64,000 nucleotides of DNA from an uncultured Alphaproteobacteria bacterium (GTDB lineage: Bacteria > Pseudomonadota > Alphaproteobacteria > Rhizobiales > Xanthobacteraceae), in NCBI GenBank assembly GCA_963753355.1, contig CAVWBV010000005.1, positions 12,735 to 76,734 on the forward strand, read 5' to 3'. The notes beneath the pieces are model-generated. The model made no database searches, was not told the origin of the DNA, and saw nothing but the letters and a program-made list of their open reading frames with translations. Positions 37,260 through 46,534 of this stretch are shown here, piece by piece. Each line of letters starts with the position of its first letter. Position 1 is the first letter of the stretch. A program made the position numbers and the translations under genes.

Positions 37260-38372
37260 GTGACGCAGCCGTTGAACGAAGCTTCCGCTGCCGCGAATGC
37301 GGGCCACTTTAATTTGCAGTACCGGGGTTTTGACTACGTCGCCTTTTATAATGGCGCCTACGAAAATGCCGATTCGCTGCCAACTCTCGTCAAGACCGGC
37401 GCCAACTCGATCGAGGCGACCCTCGACTACGGCATCGACGCGCAAACGTCGCAAGTCGTTGCGGATCCGAACTATACCGACAGCCTCAGCGCACTTGGAT
37501 CTACAATCGCGCAAGCCGAGTGCCTCGGCCTTTCCGTCATGGTCAGGCCGCTGATCGATTTCCTCAACCCGGCAGAGTCCGCGCCCTACAGCGTCGGTGA
37601 TTGGCGCCAGGATTATCATCCGACCAACGTCGCGGCCTTCTTTGCCAGTTACCAGCAGATGATCGTTGCCGAGGCGAAAGTCGCCCAGGCAAATGGCGCC
37701 CAGATGTTGTCCATCGGCGCCGAGCTCGATCAGCTCACCGGTCCGCAATATCTGCACTACTGGACCGAGATTATCGATGCGGTGCGCGCGGTTTTTTCCG
37801 GCGCGCTAACCTATTCGGCGTCCTGGAACACGGCGAATGAGGTCAGTTTCTGGAGCCAGCTCAACTATGAGGGGATCGACTGTTACGTACCGTTGTCCAA
37901 CGCCGCGCACCCGACGCTTCGGCAGCTTGTAGACGGTTGGCTCGATCCGGCGTCGCCGAACCAAGATCCGGGGGCTTATTCGGAGATCGGCAACCAGTCG
38001 CCGGTGCACTATTTCGAAAATCTTTCAGCGGAATCCGGCAAGCCGCTGATCTTCACTGAGCTTGGCTACGCCAACGACAGCGGGGCCGCCGCCGATCCGG
38101 CCGCGTCCGGAAACAGTCCCGACCCGCACTTGCAGGCCCAACTCTACAGAGCGTTCTTCAAGGCGTGGGATAGCGCCGATAGTTCGTCTCTGGTCGGCAC
38201 TTACTTTTGGGAGTGGGACCCGAACGGCAGCACGTCCAACGTAGGGCCGGGGATCGACAGCTTCAGTCCGCAGAATAGTCCAGCCCAACATCAAGCGACG
38301 ATAGGGTTTGAACACGACAGCGGGACGCTGGCGGCTCATATCGCCGGCCTTCACGCGCACCATCTGCTTTAA
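37260..38372 (+). CDS. putative TIM-barrel glycoside hydrolase (clan GH-A-like)
   Basis: 370-aa ORF. The pattern MLSIGAELD ... LIFTELGYAN ... YFWEWDP resembles the acid/base and nucleophile Glu strands of GH-A enzymes. GAGGA SD before the GTG. Confidence 0.55.
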   Translation: MTQPLNEASAAANAGHFNLQYRGFDYVAFYNGAYENADSLPTLVKTGANSIEATLDYGIDAQTSQVVADPNYTDSLSALGSTIAQAECLGLSVMVRPLIDFLNPAESAPYSVGDWRQDYHPTNVAAFFASYQQMIVAEAKVAQANGAQMLSIGAELDQLTGPQYLHYWTEIIDAVRAVFSGALTYSASWNTANEVSFWSQLNYEGIDCYVPLSNAAHPTLRQLVDGWLDPASPNQDPGAYSEIGNQSPVHYFENLSAESGKPLIFTELGYANDSGAAADPAASGNSPDPHLQAQLYRAFFKAWDSADSSSLVGTYFWEWDPNGSTSNVGPGIDSFSPQNSPAQHQATIGFEHDSGTLAAHIAGLHAHHLL

Positions 38373-38384
38373 TTGAAATTTGGA

Positions 38385-38660
38385 TTACTTCGGCTGGACG
38401 TTGGGATTGCCGCCTGGGGTGCCCGGTGGCGGGATCACGGCTTTATCGCCGGTACTCGGCGTCGGCGCCTTCATCGCCGGATCGACGTCGGGCGGGCATA
38501 TGACGGCTGCGGTATCGTCGAGCTTTTGGCTCGGGGCGTTCTGTTTCGCTTGTTGCTTTTCCTGCGGCGTGCAGCCTGTCGTATCGGCAGCTCGCGCCGT
38601 CCCGATCGCGGTGCACAACACGGCAACCGCGAGGATGAGCCGTATCTCAATCATTCTCAT
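38385..38660 (-). CDS. small secreted Pro-rich protein (91 aa), hypothetical
   Basis: Clear Sec signal peptide (IRLILAVAVLCTAIGTARA/AD), then a low-complexity Pro/Gln/Lys-rich region with 2 Cys. Confidence 0.5.
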   Translation of the reverse strand: MRMIEIRLILAVAVLCTAIGTARAADTTGCTPQEKQQAKQNAPSQKLDDTAAVICPPDVDPAMKAPTPSTGDKAVIPPPGTPGGNPNVQPK

Positions 38661-38725
38661 GCGAGTTCCCGGCGCAATGGCTCTTAGTCAACGGACAGGC
38701 GGAGCCGGGGTTCCGCCGCGTGGCG

Positions 38726-39037
38726 TCAGATGGTCCACTCGATATGGGCCTTGATCGCCTTGCGCTCATCATCGATCCAGCCATGCGGCCGCGCTTTTTC
38801 GATCATGGCGGAGAAGTTCCGCTGCCATGCAGCGTCGTGCTCAACACCAGGCCATTGGCGCAACGCGTCCTCGGAAATCCAGGCGGTCTCCGCGTTAGGC
38901 AACTCCGCTTTACCGGCGGTCGCCTTGCGCACCGCATCGAGCCGGTCGCGCCCGCCTTCGACCACAAGCTTGAAAGCGCGGAAATTCTCCCGGTCCTCGA
39001 ACAACAATTCGCCGCCTGGGGTCAGTTTCAGAAACAC
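38726..39037 (-). CDS. hypothetical protein (103 aa)
   Basis: Compact ORF starting 16 nt downstream of the WD40 gene on the same strand. Normal amino-acid composition. No domain recognised. Confidence 0.5.
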   Translation of the reverse strand: MFLKLTPGGELLFEDRENFRAFKLVVEGGRDRLDAVRKATAGKAELPNAETAWISEDALRQWPGVEHDAAWQRNFSAMIEKARPHGWIDDERKAIKAHIEWTI

Positions 39038-39053
39038 GGCTTTCCTCTATTCG

Positions 39054-40059
39054 TTAGCTGAGATCGAGGATGCCGCCGTCGCCATCTTCGGAGCCGAACG
39101 CAAGCAGTTGGCCGTCGGCGCTCCAGCACAGTGCGGTCACAGGCGCGTCGCCCGGCTTTCGCGCCAAAATTTCCGCGCCATCGGCGACGCGGACGAGCAG
39201 CACCATGCCGTGATCGAAACCCACGGCCACGATAGCTTGACCCGGATGAGCGGCCACGACCGTGATGCGATGGTCCGATGGCGCTAGGAGGCGCGGCTCC
39301 TTGCCCATGGGGCCGTCCTTGCCCTGGAAGGGCCACAGGATGAGTTGCGCTGCCCCCGAAGTGGCGAGCCAATCGCCATCCGCCGTCCAGTCGAGCGATG
39401 TCACCCGCGTGGCGTAACCCGACATGCGCATGTGCTTGCCGTCGGTGAGGCGCCAGCCGTGCAGCATGGGCTCCTGCATGGTCGTAATCAGAAAGCGGCC
39501 ATCAGGGCTCACGGTTGCGCCGAGGTGCGAGCCTTTCCATTCGAGCTTCGCGGCTTTCGCTTCGCGTGCGTTGGGAAACCACAAGCGTCGCGCCGTTATA
39601 GTGAGCGACCGCGAGGCGGAACCCTTTTGGCAGGAAAGCAAGGCCTCCGACCGTCGAAGGCGCCTCCAGTTCCCGCAACTCCTTACCTTGAGCAAATGCG
39701 GTTTTGCCCGCCGACCAGGCAACCGCGCCGCCAGGCCCTAGCGCGACATGATCGATCCAGCGATGTTTTGCGTCAGTCGCAAGCGCGCGGGTCTCGCCCT
39801 TGGCGTTCGTTTCGGCGACCTTGCCGTCATCGCCGCCGGAAACGATACGTGCGCCGTCCGCGGTGGTGGCAAGGATCGCGCCGTCATGGACCGCGACACG
39901 TTTCGGCTCGCCGTCCGACCCCGCGAACATCATCGCCTCTTCGCCGAGGACAAATACCGCGGTGCGCTTGAGAAAATGCGCGGCGATGACCGCGCCACCG
40001 GTCGGCACCGGCCGCGTACGCTCAACGACGGAGACGGTGTCGGCGCGGGTATCGGTCAT
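39054..40059 (-). pseudogene. WD40/beta-propeller repeat protein with one internal frame change (~39579-39585)
   Basis: Two overlapping ORFs (39502-40062 and 39054-39722) join as ...VAHYNGATL|WFPNAREAKAAKLEWKGSHLG... if one base in CTTGTGG is skipped. Repeats of the type SPDGRFL...HGW, DGDWLATSG and DGQLLAFGSEDG are present. Confidence 0.75.
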
Positions 40060-40076
40060 CAATCAAAAAGCAATCT

Positions 40077-41114
40077 TTAAGCGACGCAGCTCTCAAAACC
40101 CGTCCGGATTGTTTCCTCCGGCAGGTTGCGGCCGATGAACACCATGCGGCTGAGCCGTTGCTCATCCTTGTTCCACGGCCGCTGGTGATCGCCGTCCAGG
40201 ATCATGTGCACGCCCTGCAAGACGAAACGCTGCTCGTCATTCTTGAATGAAAGAATGCCCTTGCAGCGCAGGATGTTCGGGCCTTCGGTTTGCACCAAAT
40301 TCTGCACCCAAGGAAAAAACTTATCCGGATCGAGCGGTTTCTCGCTTTTCAGCGAAAGCGACTGCATCTCTTCGTCGTGGTAGTGCTTGAGCCCGCCGTG
40401 ACCGTGATGGTGATCGTGGTCATGATCATGATGATGGCCATGATCGTGCCCATCGCCCTCGAGGAAGTCCGGCTCGATATCCAGGATACGGTCGAGATCG
40501 AAGGCTTTGCGGTCGAGGACCTGGTCGAGCGCGATTTTCGCGCGTTCTGTCTTGTGCACCTTGGCGTAGGGGTTGATGCTGCGGATGCGCGCCTCAACGT
40601 CGCCGAGTTCGTCCGCCGACACGAGATCGGTCTTGTTGATCAGGATCACGTCCGCAAACGCAATCTGATTCTTGGCTTCTGGCGCATCCTTCAGCCGGTC
40701 CTTGAGCCATTTCGCATCGGCTACGGTCACCACCGCATCGAGCTTGGTCTTGCGCCCGACGTTCTCATCGATGAAGAAAGTTTGCGCCACCGGCGCCGGA
40801 TCGGCGAGCCCCGTGGTCTCGACAATAATGGCATCGAACTTTCCTTTTCTGCGCATCAGGCCGTCGAGAATGCGCACGAGATCGCCGCGAACGGTGCAAC
40901 AGATGCAGCCGTTATTCATCTCGAACACTTCCTCGTCGGCGCCGACGACCAAATCGTTGTCGATGCCGATCTCGCCGAATTCATTGACAATGACCGCGTA
41001 TTTTTTGCCGTGCGGCTCGGAGAGAATGCGATTGAGCAGCGTTGTCTTGCCGGCACCAAGGTAGCCGGTGAGTACGGTGACCGGAATTTTGCCGGCCGAA
41101 AACGGTTCGGACAT
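40077..41114 (-). CDS. COG0523-family GTPase metallochaperone (CobW/ZigA/YeiR-like) with a His/Asp-rich tract
   Basis: P-loop [15 protein letters not shown], metal motif GCICCT, and [22 protein letters not shown]. It lies divergent from znuA across an AT-rich box. Confidence 0.9.
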   Translation of the reverse strand: MSEPFSAGKIPVTVLTGYLGAGKTTLLNRILSEPHGKKYAVIVNEFGEIGIDNDLVVGADEEVFEMNNGCICCTVRGDLVRILDGLMRRKGKFDAIIVETTGLADPAPVAQTFFIDENVGRKTKLDAVVTVADAKWLKDRLKDAPEAKNQIAFADVILINKTDLVSADELGDVEARIRSINPYAKVHKTERAKIALDQVLDRKAFDLDRILDIEPDFLEGDGHDHGHHHDHDHDHHHGHGGLKHYHDEEMQSLSLKSEKPLDPDKFFPWVQNLVQTEGPNILRCKGILSFKNDEQRFVLQGVHMILDGDHQRPWNKDEQRLSRMVFIGRNLPEETIRTGFESCVA

Positions 41115-41256
41115 ACGATCCCTCCTGCTCCGGCTATATAGGTGACCAGCCGCCTGGGTAAAACTTCAATCCGTGTACGCGGCGATGGCGCTGCGCCTTG
41201 CCGTAAGGTGCATGCGCGCCGTCATGACCCGCGCCCAAAAAAAGAGGGCGTTGCGG

Positions 41257-41280
41257 ATGATATGTTATAATGTTACAATT
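41257..41280. promoter_or_regulatory. AT-rich Zur/Fur-like box candidate (ATGATATGTTATAATGTTACAATT) with an embedded TATAAT
   Basis: This is the only strongly AT-rich element in the divergent COG0523/znuA intergenic region, ~45 nt upstream of znuA. TGTTATA-A-TGTTACA resembles the alphaproteobacterial Zur box half-sites (ATGTTAT) that I recall. Confidence 0.45.
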
Positions 41281-41321
41281 CTTCATATTGGCATTGATTT
41301 GAAAGGGAAATCCGTCATCCG

Positions 41322-42203
41322 ATGAAACGGCTTCCTGGTATCGCGACTGTGCTGTCCGTTGTGTTGGGCGCCTTGGCGGTCGCTCAGGCCGCAGACGACA
41401 AGATCACCGTCGTCGCGGCGGAGAATTTCTACGGCGATGTTGCCCAGCAGATTGGCGGTGCTCGCATTGCCGTTTCCAGCATCATGAGCAATCCGGATCA
41501 GGATCCGCACCTATTCGAGGTCTCGCCCTCGATCGCCCGGCAGATCGCCGGTGCGCGGATCGTCATCTATAACGGCGCCGACTACGATCCGTGGATGACG
41601 AAGCTGTTGGCGGCTTCGCCGCGCCCCGACCGGGTCGTTATCGTCGCATCGGACCTCACGCATAGGAAGCCGGGCGACAACCCGCACCTCTGGTACGACC
41701 CGGCCACCATGCCGGCGGTTGCAACGGCGCTCGCTGCGGCGCTGAGCAAGACGGATCCCGGCCATGCCGACGATTATGCAGCGCGGCTGAAAACCTTTGT
41801 CGCCTCGCTGTCCCCGATCGACGAAAAGATTGCCGCGCTGCGGGCGAAGTTCGCCGGTGCAGCGGTGACTGCAACCGAGCCGGTGTTCGGTTACATGGCG
41901 GATGCGCTTGGGTTTAAGGGGCGCAACGAGCGCCTCCAGCTTGCCATCATGAACGATACCGAGCCGAGCGCCCGCGACATCGCCGCCTTCGAACGCGACC
42001 TCAAGACCCGCAAGGTGCGCCTGGTGTTCTACAACAAGCAGGCGTCAAACAAATTGGTCCAGCATCTCGTCGAAGTCGCTCGCGCCTCGAATATTCCGGT
42101 GGTCGGCGTAACCGAGACCTGCCCGGGGGACATGACCTTTCAGGCGTGGATGCAAAGCGAGCTCGATGCCACCGAGCGCGCTCTGGCCAGTCCCTCTTCA
42201 TGA
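41322..42203 (+). CDS. znuA: metal (probably zinc) ABC transporter substrate-binding protein, TroA/ZnuA family
   Basis: Signal peptide followed by a cluster-9 SBP pattern (NPDQDPHLFE, DNPHLWYDP). Context is znuC/znuB plus the COG0523 GTPase. Confidence 0.8.
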   Translation: MKRLPGIATVLSVVLGALAVAQAADDKITVVAAENFYGDVAQQIGGARIAVSSIMSNPDQDPHLFEVSPSIARQIAGARIVIYNGADYDPWMTKLLAASPRPDRVVIVASDLTHRKPGDNPHLWYDPATMPAVATALAAALSKTDPGHADDYAARLKTFVASLSPIDEKIAALRAKFAGAAVTATEPVFGYMADALGFKGRNERLQLAIMNDTEPSARDIAAFERDLKTRKVRLVFYNKQASNKLVQHLVEVARASNIPVVGVTETCPGDMTFQAWMQSELDATERALASPSS

Positions 42204-43003
42204 CCGTGATCGAACTCGATCGGGTGACCATCAAGCTCGGTGGCCGCACCGTCCTCAGCGACGCCTGCCTAAGGATCGAGGGTGGCGAGTTCATTGGCGT
42301 GCTAGGCCCGAACGGCGCCGGTAAAACCACCCTGATGCGGGCCATCCTCGGTTTGGTGCCCGTGAGTTCGGGTGCGATCCGTGTATTCGGCGAACCGCCG
42401 CGGCGTGGCAATCGGCAAATCGGTTACCTGCCGCAGGTTCGCACCGTCCTGCCCGACTTGCGCATTCGCGGCTTCGATTTCATCGCTAGTTCCGTGCATG
42501 GCGAGCGCTGGGGTGTACCCACGCTCAGCCATGCCGACCGCAACATGATCGAAAAGATGCTGGCGGCTGCCGGCGCCAGCGAACTCGGTCGCCGGCCATT
42601 GTCGAAAATGTCGGGCGGTGAGCGCCAACGGCTTCTGCTTGCGCAGGCGCTTCTCGGTGAGCCGCGGTTGCTGCTGCTCGACGAGCCGCTGATCAGTCTC
42701 GATTACCGCCACCAGGAAGCGGTAATCGATCTGGTTCGCCAACTCGCTCGCGAGCGTAACATCACCGTGCTGTTCAGCGCGCACGAGCTTAATGCGCTGA
42801 TCGGCGCGCTCGACCGCGTTCTTTATCTGGGCAACGGCCGCGCGGCGCTCGGCACGATCGACGAAGTGGTCACGGCGCCGGTGCTCTCGCAGCTTTACGG
42901 CACCGACATCAACGTTGTGCGCACCGACGGCCAGATCTTCGTACTTTCGCGCGGCCGCAGCATGGAGCATTCCGACCATGCGCATGACGGCCATCAGCAC
43001 TAG
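42200..43003 (+). CDS. znuC: metal ABC transporter ATP-binding protein
   Basis: Walker A GPNGAGKTT, signature MSGGERQR and Walker B LLLLDEP. ATGA overlap with the znuA stop. Confidence 0.88.
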   Translation: MTVIELDRVTIKLGGRTVLSDACLRIEGGEFIGVLGPNGAGKTTLMRAILGLVPVSSGAIRVFGEPPRRGNRQIGYLPQVRTVLPDLRIRGFDFIASSVHGERWGVPTLSHADRNMIEKMLAAAGASELGRRPLSKMSGGERQRLLLAQALLGEPRLLLLDEPLISLDYRHQEAVIDLVRQLARERNITVLFSAHELNALIGALDRVLYLGNGRAALGTIDEVVTAPVLSQLYGTDINVVRTDGQIFVLSRGRSMEHSDHAHDGHQH

Positions 43004-43008
43004 CCGCC

Positions 43009-43809
43009 ATGCTCGAATACGACTTCATGCAGAATGCGTTCGCGGCGGCCGGTATCGCCGCCGTCGTCTCCGGGTTGGTCGGATATTTCCTGGTGCTTCG
43101 TGGCCAGACTTTCGCCGGGCACGCGCTGGGGCACATCGGCTTTGCCGGGGCGACCGGCGCTGTGCTGATCGGCATTGCCCCGATTTGGGGTTTAGTGGGC
43201 TTTACCGTCGCGGCCGGCGTAGCCATGGGCGTGCTCGGTGAGCGCATCAGCGGCCGCGATGTTGCCATCGGGGTCGTGCTCGCGCTGGCTTTGGGATTTG
43301 GACTTTTATTCCTGCACTACTACACGGCCTTCGCCACGCAGGCGACGGCGCTGCTGTTCGGCAATGTGCTCGCGGTCGACCACTCCACCATCGCCACACT
43401 CCTGGGTCTTGCGTTGCTGACCCTCGCTGCGCTGGCGGCGATTATGCGGCCGCTGATGTTTGCGAGCCTCCAGCCGGAACTCGCCGAAGCCAAGGGCGTG
43501 CCGTTGAACTTTGTCTCCATCGGCTTTCTGGTGATTGTGGCGCTGGCGGTGTCGGAGAGCGCCCAGATCGTCGGCATCCTATTGGTGTTCGCTCTAATGG
43601 TTGGGCCGCCGGCGACCGCGCAGCGCCTGGTAACGGGACTGTGGAGCGGAGTGGCGCTTTCGGCCGTTTTGGCGCTAGCCGACGCCTGGCTGGGCATCGC
43701 CGTCGCTTACTATACGGATTGGCCGGTCAGTTTCTGCATCGCCATGCTGAGCGCATTAGGCTATTTCCTTGCCAGCGGCATCGCCTCGCCGTGGCGGGAG
43801 ACCGGGTAA
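43009..43809 (+). CDS. znuB: metal ABC transporter permease (ABC-3 family)
   Basis: 266-aa polytopic membrane ORF with the ABC-3 pattern (MQNAFAAAGIAAV..., LLVFALMVGPPATAQ). Confidence 0.88.
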   Translation: MLEYDFMQNAFAAAGIAAVVSGLVGYFLVLRGQTFAGHALGHIGFAGATGAVLIGIAPIWGLVGFTVAAGVAMGVLGERISGRDVAIGVVLALALGFGLLFLHYYTAFATQATALLFGNVLAVDHSTIATLLGLALLTLAALAAIMRPLMFASLQPELAEAKGVPLNFVSIGFLVIVALAVSESAQIVGILLVFALMVGPPATAQRLVTGLWSGVALSAVLALADAWLGIAVAYYTDWPVSFCIAMLSALGYFLASGIASPWRETG

Positions 43810-44735
43810 TGAGTTCCGAGAAGGCGCGCGCCGTTTGCGTCGGCGAAGTGTTGATCGAATTGGCGCGCGGCGCGGATGGAAGATTCGCGCTTTCGGGTGG
43901 CGGCGATACCTTTAACACCGCAGTCTATCTCGCCCGCGCCGGCGTCGATGTCGCCTTCGCGACCGTTGTTGGCGATGATCCTTATTCCGACAGTATTATC
44001 GCTCTGGCTGCCGCCGAGGGGCTTTCCTCCAAGCTTATGTTTCGGGCGCCTGGACGACTGCCAGCCCTCTGCCTGGTTGAAAGCGGGTCGCGGGGCGAGC
44101 GCCTGTTTCGCTACTGGAGCGCGGAGGCGCCGGCGCGCGAACTTTTTGAGCGGCCCGACTGGTTGCTGGTGGCGCAAGAGATGGTGGCGGCGCGGCTTAT
44201 TTACTTTTCTGGCATCACGCTTTCGCTCTATTCCAACAACGGAGTCGGGCGTTTCCTGGCCCTCCTTGAAGCCGCGCGCCAGCAAGGCGCCAAAGTCGCT
44301 TTCGACGGTAATTTTCGCCCGCGCGGCTGGAAAGGGGATTTGAGCCGCACGCGCGCCGTCTTCATGGAGGCGCTCAAGCGGGTCGACATCGCGCTTCCGG
44401 CTTTCGACGACGAAGCGGTGCTGTGGGGTGATCCCAGTCCGGAAACGACAGTCGCCCGGCTGCAAGCCTTCGGCATCGGCGAGATTGTCGTCAAGAACGG
44501 TCCCAATAGCGCGCTTGTTGCCACCTCCGGCACCCACCAATTCGTGCCAGTGCCCGAGGTCATGGTGCCGGTCGATGCGACCGCCGCCGGCGACGGGTTC
44601 AATGCCGGGTATTTGGCGGCCCGGCTTGGCGGCATGGCCGCGGCGGAAGCGGCGGCGGCGGCTCACCGGCTGGCCGGCGATGTCATCCGCCATCCCGGTG
44701 CGCTGGTTCCGCGCGCAGATGCCGCGATGCATTGA
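43809..44735 (+). CDS. PfkB-family sugar kinase (2-dehydro-3-deoxygluconokinase-like)
   Basis: N-terminal CVGEVLIELA...GGDTFNTAVYLAR and C-terminal DATAAGDGFNAGYL (PfkB signature 2). The ATG overlaps the znuB stop (TAATG). Confidence 0.82.
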   Translation: MSSEKARAVCVGEVLIELARGADGRFALSGGGDTFNTAVYLARAGVDVAFATVVGDDPYSDSIIALAAAEGLSSKLMFRAPGRLPALCLVESGSRGERLFRYWSAEAPARELFERPDWLLVAQEMVAARLIYFSGITLSLYSNNGVGRFLALLEAARQQGAKVAFDGNFRPRGWKGDLSRTRAVFMEALKRVDIALPAFDDEAVLWGDPSPETTVARLQAFGIGEIVVKNGPNSALVATSGTHQFVPVPEVMVPVDATAAGDGFNAGYLAARLGGMAAAEAAAAAHRLAGDVIRHPGALVPRADAAMH

Positions 44736-44860
44736 TCGGGTGTAGGGTTGCGGGCCGGCAAAACTTAGAACACAGTCCTGACAATAGGCCGCCGCAAAAA
44801 AGCAACCACGGTTGCTACTGTCTTCCGTCGTCTGACGTCGCCGGCTGGGAGGGACAATCC

Positions 44861-45868
44861 ATGCAACGCTTCGTCATTGCGCTCGCCGCTATTCTTTCCC
44901 TCGCCCTCGCAAAGCCCGCGCTCGCCGACGAACCGATCATCATCAAATTCAGCCATGTCGTAACGCCTGACGCGCCGAAGGGCAAAGCGGCGGTCCTGTT
45001 CAAGGAACTTGCCGAGAAATACACCAACGGCCGCGTCAAGGTCGAAATCTATCCGAACTCATCGCTCTACAAGGACAAGGAAGAACTTGAGGCGTTGCAG
45101 CTTGGGTCGGTGCAAATACTGGCCCCCTCGATTTCCAAATTCGGTCCGCTCGGCGTCAAAGAGTTCGACGTCTTCGACTTGCCGTTTCTGATGAGTGACG
45201 ACGCCCACGCGCGCCAGATGATGGCGAGCCCGATGATGGCCGACCTCAACGGCAAGCTCGAGGCCAAAGGCATTTCGCCGCTCGCCTATTGGGACAACGG
45301 CGCTCTTGTCTTCACTGCCAACCGGCCGCTGATCATGCCCGAAGATTTCCGCGGCTTGAAAATGCGCATCCAGGGCAGCAAAGTTCTTGATGCGATCTCG
45401 CGCGAGCTTGGCGCGCTGCCGCAAATTTTGCCGTTTTCGGCCGTCTACCAGGCCCTGCAAACTGGCGTCGTCGACGGCGAAGACAATGTGCCGTCCAACA
45501 TTCTGACACAAAGATTCTACGAGGTGCAGAAGAACCTGACCGTGTCGTTTCACGGCCGGCTCACATACGCGCTTATCACCAATAGGAACTTCTGGAATTC
45601 GCTACCGCCGGACGTACGCTCGCAGCTCGACCGCGCCGTCAAGGAAAGTACCGTCTTCTTCAATGGGGCGGCGGCCAAGGACAACGCCGATGCGCTGGAG
45701 AAGATCAAAGCTTCCGGAAAGATCGACGTGCATATTTTGACTGACGCCGAGAAGAAGGCGTGGATCGCCAAGCTGATGCCGGTGCACACCGAGATGCAAA
45801 GCCGGTTCGGCAAAGCCTTCATCGAGCGGATTTACAAGGCATCGGGTTTCACTCCGCCGCAATCGTAA
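44861..45868 (+). CDS. dctP: TRAP transporter substrate-binding protein, DctP family (C4-dicarboxylate type)
   Basis: Signal peptide, then IIIKFSHVVTPDAPKGKAAVLFKELAE...VEIYPNSSLYKDKEELEALQLG...FDLPFLM, close to DctP as I recall it. GGGAGGGA SD. Confidence 0.88.
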   Translation: MQRFVIALAAILSLALAKPALADEPIIIKFSHVVTPDAPKGKAAVLFKELAEKYTNGRVKVEIYPNSSLYKDKEELEALQLGSVQILAPSISKFGPLGVKEFDVFDLPFLMSDDAHARQMMASPMMADLNGKLEAKGISPLAYWDNGALVFTANRPLIMPEDFRGLKMRIQGSKVLDAISRELGALPQILPFSAVYQALQTGVVDGEDNVPSNILTQRFYEVQKNLTVSFHGRLTYALITNRNFWNSLPPDVRSQLDRAVKESTVFFNGAAAKDNADALEKIKASGKIDVHILTDAEKKAWIAKLMPVHTEMQSRFGKAFIERIYKASGFTPPQS

Positions 45869-45895
45869 TCGCGATTCCCGTCGGCACGGGATTGA

Positions 45896-46534
45896 GTGCG
45901 AGTGATACGGCTCCTCAACCTCCTGCTCGATCGGGCTGAAGAGTGGCTCATTGCCGCGTTGATCGCGGCGGCTACAATTGTGACTTTCGTCGCCGTCCTG
46001 CACCGTTACGGGGCAAGCAACTTCGCTGAATTGTCGCGGTGGGGCAGTGCGCACGGCTTTACGCTTGTGCATGTCGCTTCGGATCGTGCCTACGTCGCGT
46101 TGGCCGCGCTCGACTTCTCCTGGGCGCAGGAACTCGCGACCTACATGTTCGTCTGGATGGCCAAATTCGGCGCTGCGCTCGGCGTGCGCACGGGCATTCA
46201 TGTCGGCGTCGATGTGTTGGTCAAACGTTTAACGCCGGCGGCGCGCAAGCCAGTGGTCGTTTTCGCGCTGCTCTGCGGCGCGCTCTTTACCGGCGCGATC
46301 GGCACGCTCGGCGCCATCTACGTCCACGAACTCGACCCGGACGAGGTTTCGCCGGAACTCGAGTGGCCGAGCTGGATCATTTATTTGTGCATCCCGATCG
46401 GTTCTTATTTGATGTGTTTTCGGTTCTTGCAGGTTCTGTATCGCTTTTTGCGCACCGGTCGCGTCCCCCATCAGGGCCACGGCCTCGACTATGAAAGGCC
46501 GCTGCCGGCCGCTGCGCCGGGGGTGGCGCGGTGA
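45896..46534 (+). CDS. dctQ: TRAP transporter small permease
   Basis: 4-TM ORF between dctP and dctM. GTG start, and the stop overlaps the next start (GTGA). Confidence 0.8.
   Translation: MRVIRLLNLLLDRAEEWLIAALIAAATIVTFVAVLHRYGASNFAELSRWGSAHGFTLVHVASDRAYVALAALDFSWAQELATYMFVWMAKFGAALGVRTGIHVGVDVLVKRLTPAARKPVVVFALLCGALFTGAIGTLGAIYVHELDPDEVSPELEWPSWIIYLCIPIGSYLMCFRFLQVLYRFLRTGRVPHQGHGLDYERPLPAAAPGVAR

Noticed and set aside
40395-40460. Short tandem-looking GAT/CAT/GTG repeats
   Set aside because: This is a coding His/Asp-rich tract of the COG0523 GTPase, not a non-coding repeat or CRISPR-like array.
40290-41141. 283-aa plus-strand ORF, including an [14 protein letters not shown] stretch
   Set aside because: It is the antisense reading of the COG0523 gene. 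The odd hydrophobic run is just the complement of the His/Asp codon repeat.
43761-44732. 323-aa minus-strand ORF
   Set aside because: Antisense to the PfkB kinase, which carries clear family signatures. Shadow ORF.
44801-44816. Palindrome AGCAACC-AC-GGTTGCT preceded by an A6 run (would read as hairpin+U-tract on the minus strand)
   Set aside because: No minus-strand gene is upstream of it, and the stem is weak (6 bp with a tetraloop). It may instead be an operator ~45 nt before dctP, but a single occurrence cannot be evaluated.
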